Of a stretch of DNA of 64,000 bases, positions 30,919 through 39,852 are shown in pieces. How positions within the stretch are numbered: the stretch's first letter is position 1; every line of letters begins with the position of its first letter. The notes beneath the pieces are model-generated. The model was not told where the DNA came from. It saw only the letters and a program-made list of their open reading frames with translations, and did no database searches. Where the stretch lies: contig DCXM01000006.1 in the NCBI GenBank assembly GCA_002328405.1, positions 595,407-659,406 on the forward strand, written 5' to 3'. The stretch comes from Proteobacteria bacterium UBA2136. Lineage in GTDB: Bacteria; Pseudomonadota; Alphaproteobacteria; UBA2136. A program made the position numbers and the translations under genes.

Positions 30919-31041
30919 AGCACCACCACCCGGCTAGAAAGAATCTAGTCGAGACTTTGTGCAAAAACACAAATAGCACCAAATTCGGTGGTGCCAGCCA
31001 CTGGATTGGGGTTATCAAGCCCCAGAGTGATTTAATCACTC
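30858..31041 (-). ncRNA. C4/CI-like antisense RNA with downstream target region
   Basis: Minus-strand hairpins GAGTGATTAAATCACTC, GGGGCTTGATAACCCC and GCACCA..TGGTGC, whose segments are complementary to downstream GGTGGTGC, ACTGGAT and GGTTATCAA inside a 9-bp AGCCGGGTG/CACCCGGCT stem. Confidence 0.6.
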
Positions 31042-31080
31042 CACTTATAACCTTACAGGGAAGAGATTGTTACATCAAGA

Positions 31081-31109
31081 CAAAAAGGCCTATGGAGAAG
31101 GCCTTTTTG
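31081..31109. terminator. Rho-independent terminator after the primase gene
   Basis: CAAAAAGGCCT...AGGCCTTTTTG. Confidence 0.75.
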
Positions 31110-31132
31110 CTGTTCGTTGTTAATACCTCAAC

Positions 31133-33679
31133 TTATTGAAGTTCAGGGTTTATAAAAATTAAATACTTCGGGCGACCACCTCCTTTCTGATTATTTGAAT
31201 CATCCTGAGAACCGTCAGCACCTTTAAGGGGTTGTTGGTCCTCAACAACTTTTTCAACTTTCAGCCAATTTCTATCTTCAAGGTATTGCAATCCTTGTCT
31301 TGTGATCGCGCTATCCGTCAGGCCTGACCATTTAGACCTATTCAAAGTACGAACACTTTCGCCTGATGTTAGAACTCGAGAGTTTATCTTTTCAGCGATA
31401 ATGAATGCTGCTGCTCGTGCTGGATCTAGTTGCATTCTAAAAAGCCTAAACGCATGCCCCGTTAGAAAATCACACCATTTAATGGCCCTTTGCATGTTAA
31501 TTGCATTTACCGCAGAGCCTTCTACTGCATTGTCCAATAGGTCAACCACCCAGAAAATGAGCGCTAAACTTGAAACAAGTGATGGGTATTTAGATAAATG
31601 AGCCTCTAATGCTGTACACTCCATATCTCTGTAGTAAATAGCAGCTTCTTTATTTTTCTTCTGCCATTCATCAAAAAGTTTTTGAGCCTCTACGTCTAAA
31701 TGAACGCCTTCTCCTAGCTTTAACTCCAAGATTTGATTAGGTACTTCATCGATGATATCTCGAACCAACTTACATATATGGTTCAGAGCTTCATCATCTG
31801 GTTTTCTATCAACTAAATCACTACTTGCTTCAATATCAGGCCAAATAGCAATCTGGAATCGCTGCAAGAAGCCATCGTTAGATGTTTTAAGATATCTAGC
31901 GGTAAAATTACTCATGACATCAGGCTGAATATTACCAGTAATTGATAAGACTGCTTGTCTAATATAGAGGCTACCACGCAAAATTCTATCGACAGAATAA
32001 CTTGTGTCACCGTTCCAAGCTGTTAAGAAGAAGCATCTATCCGTTTCGTGGCCTTTCTTGTCAAAGCTATTCAACAAGCGACTCATTTCATCCTCAACAA
32101 GAAGTAAACCTTGTTCGTTCTTATTCATTAACTCACCGAGCATCTCTACCGTCATATCGTTTACAATGGCTCTTTTAGGCTTTTGAGCATCAAGAAATGC
32201 CTTTTGCTTCTCCAAGCTCGCATACTCCTCTCTAAGTTTCTTCCTGTCCTTCTTATGCTTATCACTAGATATTTTACGCTTGATACTATTAATTTCAGAG
32301 TTGAGGATTTTTAAATCCAGCATACGTTCATCAGATGCGTTCGCAAATTCCTCTATCCATCCATTCTCAACCATCTTCAAAGGTTTTAATGCTGCAGCTT
32401 GTACAGGGGATTTTTTAGCCGAGGGCGATGCAATATTCACTCCCCAAAGATTTGGCGTTTGAAGCCAGCTCTTATCATGCTGTTTAGGGTATATTCTTAA
32501 ACGTGCTCCTATTGCTGCTGAAAGCATAACCAGTGAAGGTCCAGCCATAAACTCATAAGGCACGCTCAACCTTTCTGAGCCATCAACAATCCATCGCCCC
32601 AGAGCACTTGGCAACATGTCTTGTACATCATCAAGATCCATGCTTGGTACATCAGGAAGATCACTCCCTAAGGGGACGGGTTCATCCCATACCAACGAGG
32701 CCTCATGAAGATCTGTTGCAGACATATGGTTCTTTTTGTCAGTTTTGGCAGTTTGTTTCTCAACTACATGATCTAAGTTTTTAGGGTTTTCGACACCAGC
32801 TTGAAAAGCTGCATTCATGGTTTGATCAATCTCATCTTCACCCAAACCTATCTGAAGGGCTATGTTTTTAATATCGGACTTGAGTGCGTTCTCATCAGCA
32901 TCTACCAATGAAGGTACTAAGCTACCAATCGTATAAGAACATTTATTCAAAGCATCGTTCCTTGAACCTTCTAAAGCCCATCCTAAACTTTCTAGATTTT
33001 CATCAATAGCTGCTTGTATGTACGGGTGGTTAACTTTTAATTCTGCTGTTTTCATTCTTCCTTTTCCTTTTTTAAGCAGTTCTACAATATGGATTGGTAA
33101 GGGTGTGGCATCTATTGCCCTGAGGTCATTCCCCCATTTATAACGTCCTCCTGATGGGTGTAGAGATGGAGGTACAGTGATATATCCACCTTGAGATCTA
33201 ATATCGATCTCAGTTAAAACCTTTGCGTTGTTTGAAAGTTTTTCATCGCATGTAAAATAGACATGCACACCTTTACCTGTAATGACATGCGGGTGATCTT
33301 CATACTTGATACCAAGCCCTTTTAGGACATCAAATCCTTTGGGTCCGTCAACATCAATCACAATAAGATTGTTGGCATAACCCGTAACGAGGCCAAGGTT
33401 CATATCATCAAACTTATCAACCCAGTCTATGGCTTCATCAAGGTCAGGCTGAGTTTGTTGCAAACTCTTCCACTTAATGAATGGCTTTTTATCCTTAGAT
33501 TTGAGAGGTAAAACACTAAAGCCTTGACTTAGATAGCCCTTTATCTCACGTTTTAGTGCATCTTTTCGCTGTTTGTGATAATCTGATAAAGAAGTAAAAT
33601 TCTTAAGCTTATTAGATTTTTCTTCAGCAACCTGCTGATCCTGCAAGACGTCAGGTTGCTTTTTATTTGCGTTACTCAT
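31133..33679 (-). CDS. Bifunctional primase-polymerase (Prim-Pol) fused to DUF3987/YfjI-like helicase domain
   Basis: NLGLVTG, VIDVD, TGKGVHVYF, DIRSQGGYITVPPSLHPSGGRYKW; ASPSAKKSP, LLVEDEM, DGFLQRF; GGAGG RBS within the alpA 3' end. Confidence 0.88.
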   Translation of the reverse strand: MSNANKKQPDVLQDQQVAEEKSNKLKNFTSLSDYHKQRKDALKREIKGYLSQGFSVLPLKSKDKKPFIKWKSLQQTQPDLDEAIDWVDKFDDMNLGLVTGYANNLIVIDVDGPKGFDVLKGLGIKYEDHPHVITGKGVHVYFTCDEKLSNNAKVLTEIDIRSQGGYITVPPSLHPSGGRYKWGNDLRAIDATPLPIHIVELLKKGKGRMKTAELKVNHPYIQAAIDENLESLGWALEGSRNDALNKCSYTIGSLVPSLVDADENALKSDIKNIALQIGLGEDEIDQTMNAAFQAGVENPKNLDHVVEKQTAKTDKKNHMSATDLHEASLVWDEPVPLGSDLPDVPSMDLDDVQDMLPSALGRWIVDGSERLSVPYEFMAGPSLVMLSAAIGARLRIYPKQHDKSWLQTPNLWGVNIASPSAKKSPVQAAALKPLKMVENGWIEEFANASDERMLDLKILNSEINSIKRKISSDKHKKDRKKLREEYASLEKQKAFLDAQKPKRAIVNDMTVEMLGELMNKNEQGLLLVEDEMSRLLNSFDKKGHETDRCFFLTAWNGDTSYSVDRILRGSLYIRQAVLSITGNIQPDVMSNFTARYLKTSNDGFLQRFQIAIWPDIEASSDLVDRKPDDEALNHICKLVRDIIDEVPNQILELKLGEGVHLDVEAQKLFDEWQKKNKEAAIYYRDMECTALEAHLSKYPSLVSSLALIFWVVDLLDNAVEGSAVNAINMQRAIKWCDFLTGHAFRLFRMQLDPARAAAFIIAEKINSRVLTSGESVRTLNRSKWSGLTDSAITRQGLQYLEDRNWLKVEKVVEDQQPLKGADGSQDDSNNQKGGGRPKYLIFINPELQ

Positions 33680-33866
33680 CATCACCTCCAAGATTATCAA
33701 CAAACTCTTGGATGTCCTTTACACGCCATGCAGCGCATCTGACTGACAACTTCACGGGTTTTGGTGCTTTACCTTCCGACACCATTTTCCACCAAGTTGA
33801 TTTTGATATTTGAAGTATATCTAATACCTCGGGGAGCCTAATCAGGCCTATATTATTATTTGTCAT
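33672..33866 (-). CDS. alpA: AlpA-family regulator/excisionase
   Basis: LIRLPEVL...SKSTWW..V..G..PKPVKL..RCAAW. Confidence 0.9.
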   Translation of the reverse strand: MTNNNIGLIRLPEVLDILQISKSTWWKMVSEGKAPKPVKLSVRCAAWRVKDIQEFVDNLGGDDE

Positions 33867-33966
33867 AAATTTTAACTCCTATCATGAACATTAACGTCCA
33901 TTAGAAGTTAACAGTTTTCCTTAAGAGGCAGAAATCCATACAGAGGTAAAAACTAATGAATTTATT

Positions 33967-34632
33967 TTACTTTTTACCCCTAAGGTGTTTTTTGATTAAA
34001 TTTTCAATCATATCCGATGAAACATGCTCTTCACAAATCTCAAACAACAAAGACAATAGTTGATAAAACTTTCCTGAGTAAGACCTGTCAATCTTTTCAT
34101 CAGCCTCCAATAATAAGTCATCTAGCCAACGGACAAGTTCATCTTTTGCCCAGTTTTGCCTTCTTCCTATAGTTGCAGAGCTATCAACGCCAAAGGAATC
34201 GAGTGCTGTCTTCACATAATCTAAAGAGCTTAGCAAATCTTGCATCACTATTTTATTAAATACTTCATACCTATTAACTTTATCCCACTCAACAGGTAGT
34301 TTTTTAAGATCATCTTTATGCTTTTCTAAACATAAAACACTTATAAATCGTCCAAATGCATCATCATTCATTGACTTAGTGGCAAAGATTTTTAGTTTAT
34401 GAATTGAACTAAGAGCAGATTCAATCTCACGCTTAATTGTAGGCATCGGCGGTAGTGAATCTTCATTCTCTTGCTCTAAGGAATACAACTGAACTCTCTG
34501 AACGAAATGTTCTAAAAGTTTGAGAGCCCCTTCATCATCTGTGTCAGTTACAATGGATAAAATTTTCCTTACAAACCTATCAACCTCATCTTTCTTCTGA
34601 AACTTCTCATGTATTTCTTCTAGTGTTAGCAT
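33967..34632 (-). CDS. Hypothetical protein overlapping the integrase stop
   Basis: 221-aa helical ORF with AAGGA RBS inside the int 3' end. Confidence 0.75.
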   Translation of the reverse strand: MLTLEEIHEKFQKKDEVDRFVRKILSIVTDTDDEGALKLLEHFVQRVQLYSLEQENEDSLPPMPTIKREIESALSSIHKLKIFATKSMNDDAFGRFISVLCLEKHKDDLKKLPVEWDKVNRYEVFNKIVMQDLLSSLDYVKTALDSFGVDSSATIGRRQNWAKDELVRWLDDLLLEADEKIDRSYSGKFYQLLSLLFEICEEHVSSDMIENLIKKHLRGKK

Positions 34633-35825
34633 CCTTTAAGTCCCGCTTTATCTAGCCAATCGGCCCAGTCTTGCATCATTTTAGTGCGCTCATCTAAAAA
34701 TATAGCCCTAGCATATGCGGCTTGCATTTTATCTTTAGGTGCATGAGCAAGCTGAAGGTCTGCAACTTCATAACGATAGCCTAATTTCTCCATGATAACG
34801 CTCATTGCAGTGCCTCTGAATCCATGGCCTGTGAGTTTTCCTTTATAACCTAACTGATATAACCCTCTAAGGATCGTACTATTACTCATGGTCCTTCTAG
34901 GGTCATTTCTATTGGGGAAGACAAACTCACGATTCCCATGTAATTCATAAAAATATTTAAACAACTCTATAGATTGTCTCGATAGAGGAATAATATAGGA
35001 TTTGTCCATTTTCATCCTATCATCAGGAATGGTCCATTGAGCATTCTCAAAGTCAATCTCATCCCAACGGGCATTAATCAGCTCACTAGTACGTACAAAT
35101 GTTAACATTAACAACTTAATTGCATTGCGAGTTGTTTCATACAGCCTTGCATTATTACGTTCGAGTGTATTGATGAAAGCGGGTATCTCATGAGCCTCTA
35201 AAGCTGCATGGTGTGTTGTTTTATATTTTTTAAGTGATGAAGATAATTCAGATGCTGGGTTGACCTCAATAATCTCTTCATAGCAAGCATACTTACATAT
35301 ACCATTACAATAGCTATAAATCTTATGAGTTAGGTTACTCTTGCCTTCATCTTCTATTTTTCTAAGTGCATTTAAAATGTCTTTACGCTTAATCTGCTTC
35401 ATAGGAATATTACCTATGTGTGGAAATATCTTTTGTTCCAAACGGCGTAGGACGTACCCTTGTGTCCTTTCAACCCAATTATCCTTATTATGCTCATACC
35501 ACAGCATTGCCACATCCTTAAAGGTATTGGCTAGCTCTTCTTTCACGTTCTCAAGTTCTTCACGCTTAGAAGTCATGGGATTAATGTTTTCGGCAATCAT
35601 TCTCTTAATCTCTGCACGCTTTTCACGGGCTTCTGCAAGAGAAAAGGACTTGTATTCGCCAATAGCTATCGTTGTTTCTTTACCACCTTTAGGGAATCGG
35701 TAACGCATACGCCATATTTTTCCTCCTGAAGGGGTTACCCATAAAAACAACCCGCCTCCATCTGGCAGTCTGTAGGCTTTTGGTTGAGCTTTAGCGTTTC
35801 TACATTGAATATCAGTTAGAGCCAT
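34626..35825 (-). CDS. int: P4-family tyrosine integrase
   Basis: Arm-binding N-terminus MALTD...DGGGLFL.V.PSGGKIW; catalytic R (FVRTSE), HGFR, QLAH, AAY. Confidence 0.95.
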   Translation of the reverse strand: MALTDIQCRNAKAQPKAYRLPDGGGLFLWVTPSGGKIWRMRYRFPKGGKETTIAIGEYKSFSLAEAREKRAEIKRMIAENINPMTSKREELENVKEELANTFKDVAMLWYEHNKDNWVERTQGYVLRRLEQKIFPHIGNIPMKQIKRKDILNALRKIEDEGKSNLTHKIYSYCNGICKYACYEEIIEVNPASELSSSLKKYKTTHHAALEAHEIPAFINTLERNNARLYETTRNAIKLLMLTFVRTSELINARWDEIDFENAQWTIPDDRMKMDKSYIIPLSRQSIELFKYFYELHGNREFVFPNRNDPRRTMSNSTILRGLYQLGYKGKLTGHGFRGTAMSVIMEKLGYRYEVADLQLAHAPKDKMQAAYARAIFLDERTKMMQDWADWLDKAGLKGC

Positions 35826-35826
35826 A

Positions 35827-36207
35827 TTATAACTCCTCGCTCTTTACTGTTCCTTGATGGAATATCATTTGCCACTTACTGTCATGCAGCTTCCACAAAG
35901 AGCTTCTCAAAGACTTGCACCTAACACCATCTATAGCACGATTACTTAGCGTTTCGAATCGCACCTGAACAAGGTCATCACTTAAATGCTGAACAGTGAA
36001 GTCATAGGCCTCATAGTTTGAAGAACTACTCTTTGTTGGCAAGTTTTCTAAAAACTCAGATTTTCCATACACAGTACCCGACTGCGAGATTTCATTGAAA
36101 TTATCATGCAATAATTCATTCAAGAGTGCCTTAGAGGTACGAACCTTATCCGTCAGCAGCGATTTCTCTAATGCTAAAACATGTTTATTTACAATATTTT
36201 TTTTCAT
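35827..36207 (-). CDS. DUF4440 / NTF2-like protein
   Basis: LEKSLL...R...L.ELLHDNF.EI..SG, RSSLW, WQMIFHQGT. Confidence 0.85.
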   Translation of the reverse strand: MKKNIVNKHVLALEKSLLTDKVRTSKALLNELLHDNFNEISQSGTVYGKSEFLENLPTKSSSSNYEAYDFTVQHLSDDLVQVRFETLSNRAIDGVRCKSLRSSLWKLHDSKWQMIFHQGTVKSEEL

Positions 36208-36210
36208 TTT

Positions 36211-36376
36211 GCGGGTACATCCTTTTCGTTAATTCCGTTTTTGCGGGTATATCTGAAAATGTACCCGCACTTGTACCCGCATTTATGCTGGATACCACGA
36301 GGTCGCAATGGACAACCTCGGACTAACAAACAAGGATAAAGCCTTATATTACTTATGTCTAGTGGATTTTATCGGA
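36211..36376. repeat. tRNA-proximal integrase arm-type sites
   Basis: GCGGGTA (36211, 36243), TACCCGCA direct repeats (36262, 36274), 10-bp-spaced GGA motifs as at the distal end. Confidence 0.7.
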
Positions 36377-36394
36377 CGGGGAAAAATAAATAAA

Positions 36395-36469
36395 TGGCTG
36401 GGGTGGTAGGATTCGAACCTACGCATGACGATACCAAAAACCGTTGCCTTACCGCTTGGCTACACCCCA
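36395..36469 (-). tRNA. tRNA-Gln(TTG)
   Basis: TGGGGTGTAGCCAAGCGGTAAGGCAACGGTTTTTGGTATCGTCATGCGTAGGTTCGAATCCTACCACCCCAGCCA: cloverleaf, anticodon TTG, CCA end. Confidence 0.97.
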
Positions 36470-36547
36470 GCATGGGTTGCTTAATGTAAGCTACATAAGC
36501 GAGGGTTAAGTTATATTTTAACGCGGCTTTTGTCAACACAGTTTTTG

Positions 36548-38377
36548 TTATTTTTTTAGTTTTCTGCTCAATTTGTTCAGTTTGTTTTGAATGTGGGCTT
36601 TGTCTTGCGCTGTTTCGGGGTTGAATTCCAACGCTTTGGTCCAGTAATGGTGGGCTTCTTCCATCCGGTTGAGTTTTTCGTAAACGTCGCCAAGGTGCAT
36701 CAAAATGGTGGGGTCATTGCTTTGAATTTGGTTGGCCTTTTCAAGGAAGGCGGCCGCTTTGGCATATTCTTGCTTTTTATAAAGCACCCAGCCCATGCTG
36801 TCCAAAATGGCGGCGTCGTTGGGGCGCATCACCAAGGCACGGCCAATTAGTTGCATGGCTTCGTCAATGTGTTGGTCTCTTTCTAGCCACATGTAACCCA
36901 AATAATTTAAAACGGTGGCATTGTTGGGCTGAATGGCGAGGGACTTTTTAAGGTCCTGTTCGGCTTTGTCATATTCTTTTAACCGTTCATATGCGCTCCC
37001 ACGGGCAAAATAAACCCAGTAATCGTTTTTAAGGTGCGCCACTTCATCCTCTTTTTCAGATTGTAAAATTTCGTCATAAAGTTGGATGGCTTTGCCATAA
37101 TTTTCCTGTGCGTAGTACATTTCCGCCAAGATACGTTTTAAAATGCTGTGTGGGTTGTCTTTGCGCAAGTTTTCCACCATGTTGATGGCTTTTTGATGTT
37201 GGCCAAGGTTGTTGTAAATGTCGGCAATGCGAATTTGACCACCCAGCCAAGTGTTTTGATTTTTTTCAATGCTGTTGTAGGTTTGAATGGCATCGTCATA
37301 AGCGTCCCCTTGCTCTTGCAACATCCCTGCATAAAACTTGAACGCATCGCTTTGGGGGTGAATGTGCAAGGCGGTGTTTAACAACTGCGCCGCCGCCAAT
37401 TGTAATTTTTGGGCGGACATTAAAGTGGAAAGCTCAAACACCACTGCTGCAATGTCCTGCTTTAAGGTGGGCTCCACCAAAGTGTAAGGGGTGTTTTCGG
37501 CCAAGCGCTGTTGCGACAAGTTTAACATAACATTGTCGGGGTTTTCGGCCATGAAGGCTTTGTAAATGTGGGGTGTCTTTTCACTTTGATTGGTTTTGTG
37601 GTAAAGGCGTTCCAGCGCAAGCACCGTAAAGGAGGAGGCCGGGTCGGTCTCCATCGAAAATTCATATTCACGTTGTGCCAGTTCCAGTTTGCCGGCTTTT
37701 TCATACAAGCGTCCCAAGTGGTAATGGCGCACCGCAACCAAGCCTTCCATCGGTGGCAGTTTTTTAATTTGCTCCACCACTTTGTCAATGGGTTGACCCA
37801 TTTCAAGGTCAAGGTACGCTTGAATGACATGGAACTGCACCAACACAGGGGAGATGGACTTGGCGAGATTAAAATAACGCTTCGATTCTGCCAGTGCGTT
37901 TTGGTGCAAGGCATCCGCACCTAGTAAAATGTAACTAATGGGTGCAGGGTCTTCTTTGGTGATCATACCTTTAGCAAGGCGCACCGCTTCTTCCAAGTTG
38001 CCCAGTGCCAGTTGCAGTGAAAAGGCTTTTTCCTTCAGGTCTTTGTTTTCGGGGTCGGCGGCTTCCGCACGGTCATAAAAAAAAGCGGCGTCGGCAACCT
38101 TGCCTTCATACTCGCTGAGTTTGGCGGCCAGATAATTGCTGAGAAGGGGAGCAACGTCAATGGGTCGGCTGGCGGGTTTTGGCAGTTGCTCTGCGGATAT
38201 TTCAGGTGTTTGCGTGGCGCTGGGTAAAGGTTCGTTCATGGTGTTGTTGGTGGTAATTTCCACCTGCTCGGGTTTGTCGTTCTTTAAAAACGAAAAATGG
38301 GGCGTGCTTGAAACGCAACCCACAAGGAGCAGAGTGCTTAACAAATAAGATGTTTTGGTCATATTTACCTTCATCAT
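36548..38377 (-). CDS. TPR-repeat lipoprotein
   Basis: Lipobox LVGC; VLNYLGYMW, ILDSMGWV, HLGDVY. Confidence 0.9.
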   Translation of the reverse strand: MMKVNMTKTSYLLSTLLLVGCVSSTPHFSFLKNDKPEQVEITTNNTMNEPLPSATQTPEISAEQLPKPASRPIDVAPLLSNYLAAKLSEYEGKVADAAFFYDRAEAADPENKDLKEKAFSLQLALGNLEEAVRLAKGMITKEDPAPISYILLGADALHQNALAESKRYFNLAKSISPVLVQFHVIQAYLDLEMGQPIDKVVEQIKKLPPMEGLVAVRHYHLGRLYEKAGKLELAQREYEFSMETDPASSFTVLALERLYHKTNQSEKTPHIYKAFMAENPDNVMLNLSQQRLAENTPYTLVEPTLKQDIAAVVFELSTLMSAQKLQLAAAQLLNTALHIHPQSDAFKFYAGMLQEQGDAYDDAIQTYNSIEKNQNTWLGGQIRIADIYNNLGQHQKAINMVENLRKDNPHSILKRILAEMYYAQENYGKAIQLYDEILQSEKEDEVAHLKNDYWVYFARGSAYERLKEYDKAEQDLKKSLAIQPNNATVLNYLGYMWLERDQHIDEAMQLIGRALVMRPNDAAILDSMGWVLYKKQEYAKAAAFLEKANQIQSNDPTILMHLGDVYEKLNRMEEAHHYWTKALEFNPETAQDKAHIQNKLNKLSRKLKK

Positions 38378-38462
38378 TTTAGTTTGGTTGGAACCTTTAT
38401 ACCTGTCAATCTATTTATGATGATTAACGCAAGAACCAAGCCAGAAAAACAGGCAACGAACT

Positions 38463-38999
38463 TTAAAGAATGTGGAGACGGGTGAGGAGATACTTATGAA
38501 ACTCCCGCACCAAGAATGAAATGGGCATCCGTTCGGGGAATACAGCCATCGGATGTATGGTTTGGGTTAAGTTGGCACGTTTTAAATAAAGCAAACTGCG
38601 GGGCATGTGGTAGTGGCTGGTGATAACACCCACTTTTTCAAGGTCATTGGCGTTGGCCCATTGTTTGGTCATTTGTGCATTGTCACGGGTGGAGAGGGAT
38701 TTGTAATCCAGCGTGATGTAACTTAAGTTGCTGTCCGTGACCTCTTTTAAAAGGTCATCTTCTTGCACCGCAGGGTGAACACCACTGATAAGCACCGGCA
38801 CGTTTAGGCCATCTTCAAGCAGGGATAACGCTGTTTCAATGCGGTTGCTGCCACCGGTAAAAACCACAACACCGTCCACTTGGCTTGGCAATGGCTTGCT
38901 TTGTTGAGGTAGGAGCATTGCAAACTGAATTAAAAGCACCACATAGCCAAGGGCGGCCACATAACCTGTGAGGGTGAGTGCTTTTAAAATTTTATGCAC
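38463..38999 (-). CDS. YdcF/DUF218 family protein
   Basis: VVFTGGSNRI, STRDNA, ITSHYHMPRS. Confidence 0.9.
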   Translation of the reverse strand: MHKILKALTLTGYVAALGYVVLLIQFAMLLPQQSKPLPSQVDGVVVFTGGSNRIETALSLLEDGLNVPVLISGVHPAVQEDDLLKEVTDSNLSYITLDYKSLSTRDNAQMTKQWANANDLEKVGVITSHYHMPRSLLYLKRANLTQTIHPMAVFPERMPISFLVREFHKYLLTRLHIL

Positions 39000-39852
39000 T
39001 TTTTTGCGCCCTTTGCACCACGCTGTGACTGGTCAACCAAGCGGCGGTTACCGCCACGATAACCAGTGCCACAGGGGTGAGCAAGGCGCCCACATAAACG
39101 TCCTGATTTAAAAATTCTTTAAAGTTAGGGTAACCTTCGCCCATAACATAAAGGGTTAAGCAACCTAAAGCGCTGGCCACAAACCAACCCACCAAACTGC
39201 GCATCAACACTTGGCGCACCACCAATTTGGTGATGAATCCATCGGTTGCGCCGACATATTGCAACACCGCCAAAGCATCCTTTTGGCCACGCAAGCCAGC
39301 TTTAACTGTCAGGGAAACCAAAAGTGCCATCACCGTGAAGAGGATGAGCGCAAAACCAATGGTAGAAGCCTGGGCAAAACGCACACCTTTACTGACCGTG
39401 GTTAAAAGAGAGCGTGCGTCATCAATTTCCGCTTCGGGGAATGTTTGCGCCACTTTAGCGTCAAAAACGTCTCTTTTTAAAGTGTCGTTCACTTTAACAT
39501 CTAAGATGACAGGGAGTGGAAAGTCCCCTTCGTCTTCAAAGTAAGGTGCCAACAACGCTTTGGTGTTTTCCTTCGATTCTTTTTTGACGCTGATCACTCC
39601 TTGCACCATCTCCAACGAGCGGGAGAGCTTTTGGATTTCGCCTGCGTTGCTGTCCGCCAGCAAATAAACGCTGATCTGGCTGCTTTGTTCAAGCTTCCAC
39701 TTGTTGTATAAATTTTCAAGGCCCACCAAGCCACCGCTGCCCACGGCTGAAAGCCAACCCAGTAAAATGGTCATTACCACCAAAAGTTTGAAGACGCTGT
39801 CTTTTTTAAGGCTCAGGGCTTTTTTAGCGCTTTTTGCAAGAGGTTTTAACAT
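38992..39852 (-). CDS. ftsX: Cell division permease FtsX
   Basis: 4-TM topology, PLPVILDV, VGATDGFI; directly downstream of ftsE. Confidence 0.85.
   Translation of the reverse strand: MLKPLAKSAKKALSLKKDSVFKLLVVMTILLGWLSAVGSGGLVGLENLYNKWKLEQSSQISVYLLADSNAGEIQKLSRSLEMVQGVISVKKESKENTKALLAPYFEDEGDFPLPVILDVKVNDTLKRDVFDAKVAQTFPEAEIDDARSLLTTVSKGVRFAQASTIGFALILFTVMALLVSLTVKAGLRGQKDALAVLQYVGATDGFITKLVVRQVLMRSLVGWFVASALGCLTLYVMGEGYPNFKEFLNQDVYVGALLTPVALVIVAVTAAWLTSHSVVQRAQKSA

Larger units (their letters stand above)
15760..36411 (-). mobile_element. Integrative element / phage-satellite-like island inserted at tRNA-Gln
   Basis: P4-family integrase near the tRNA 3' end, AlpA, Prim-Pol/DUF3987; 10-bp core GGTGGTAGGA at 15760-15769 and 36402-36411; TACCCGCA arm-like repeats at both ends; AT-richer composition. 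Confidence 0.85.
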
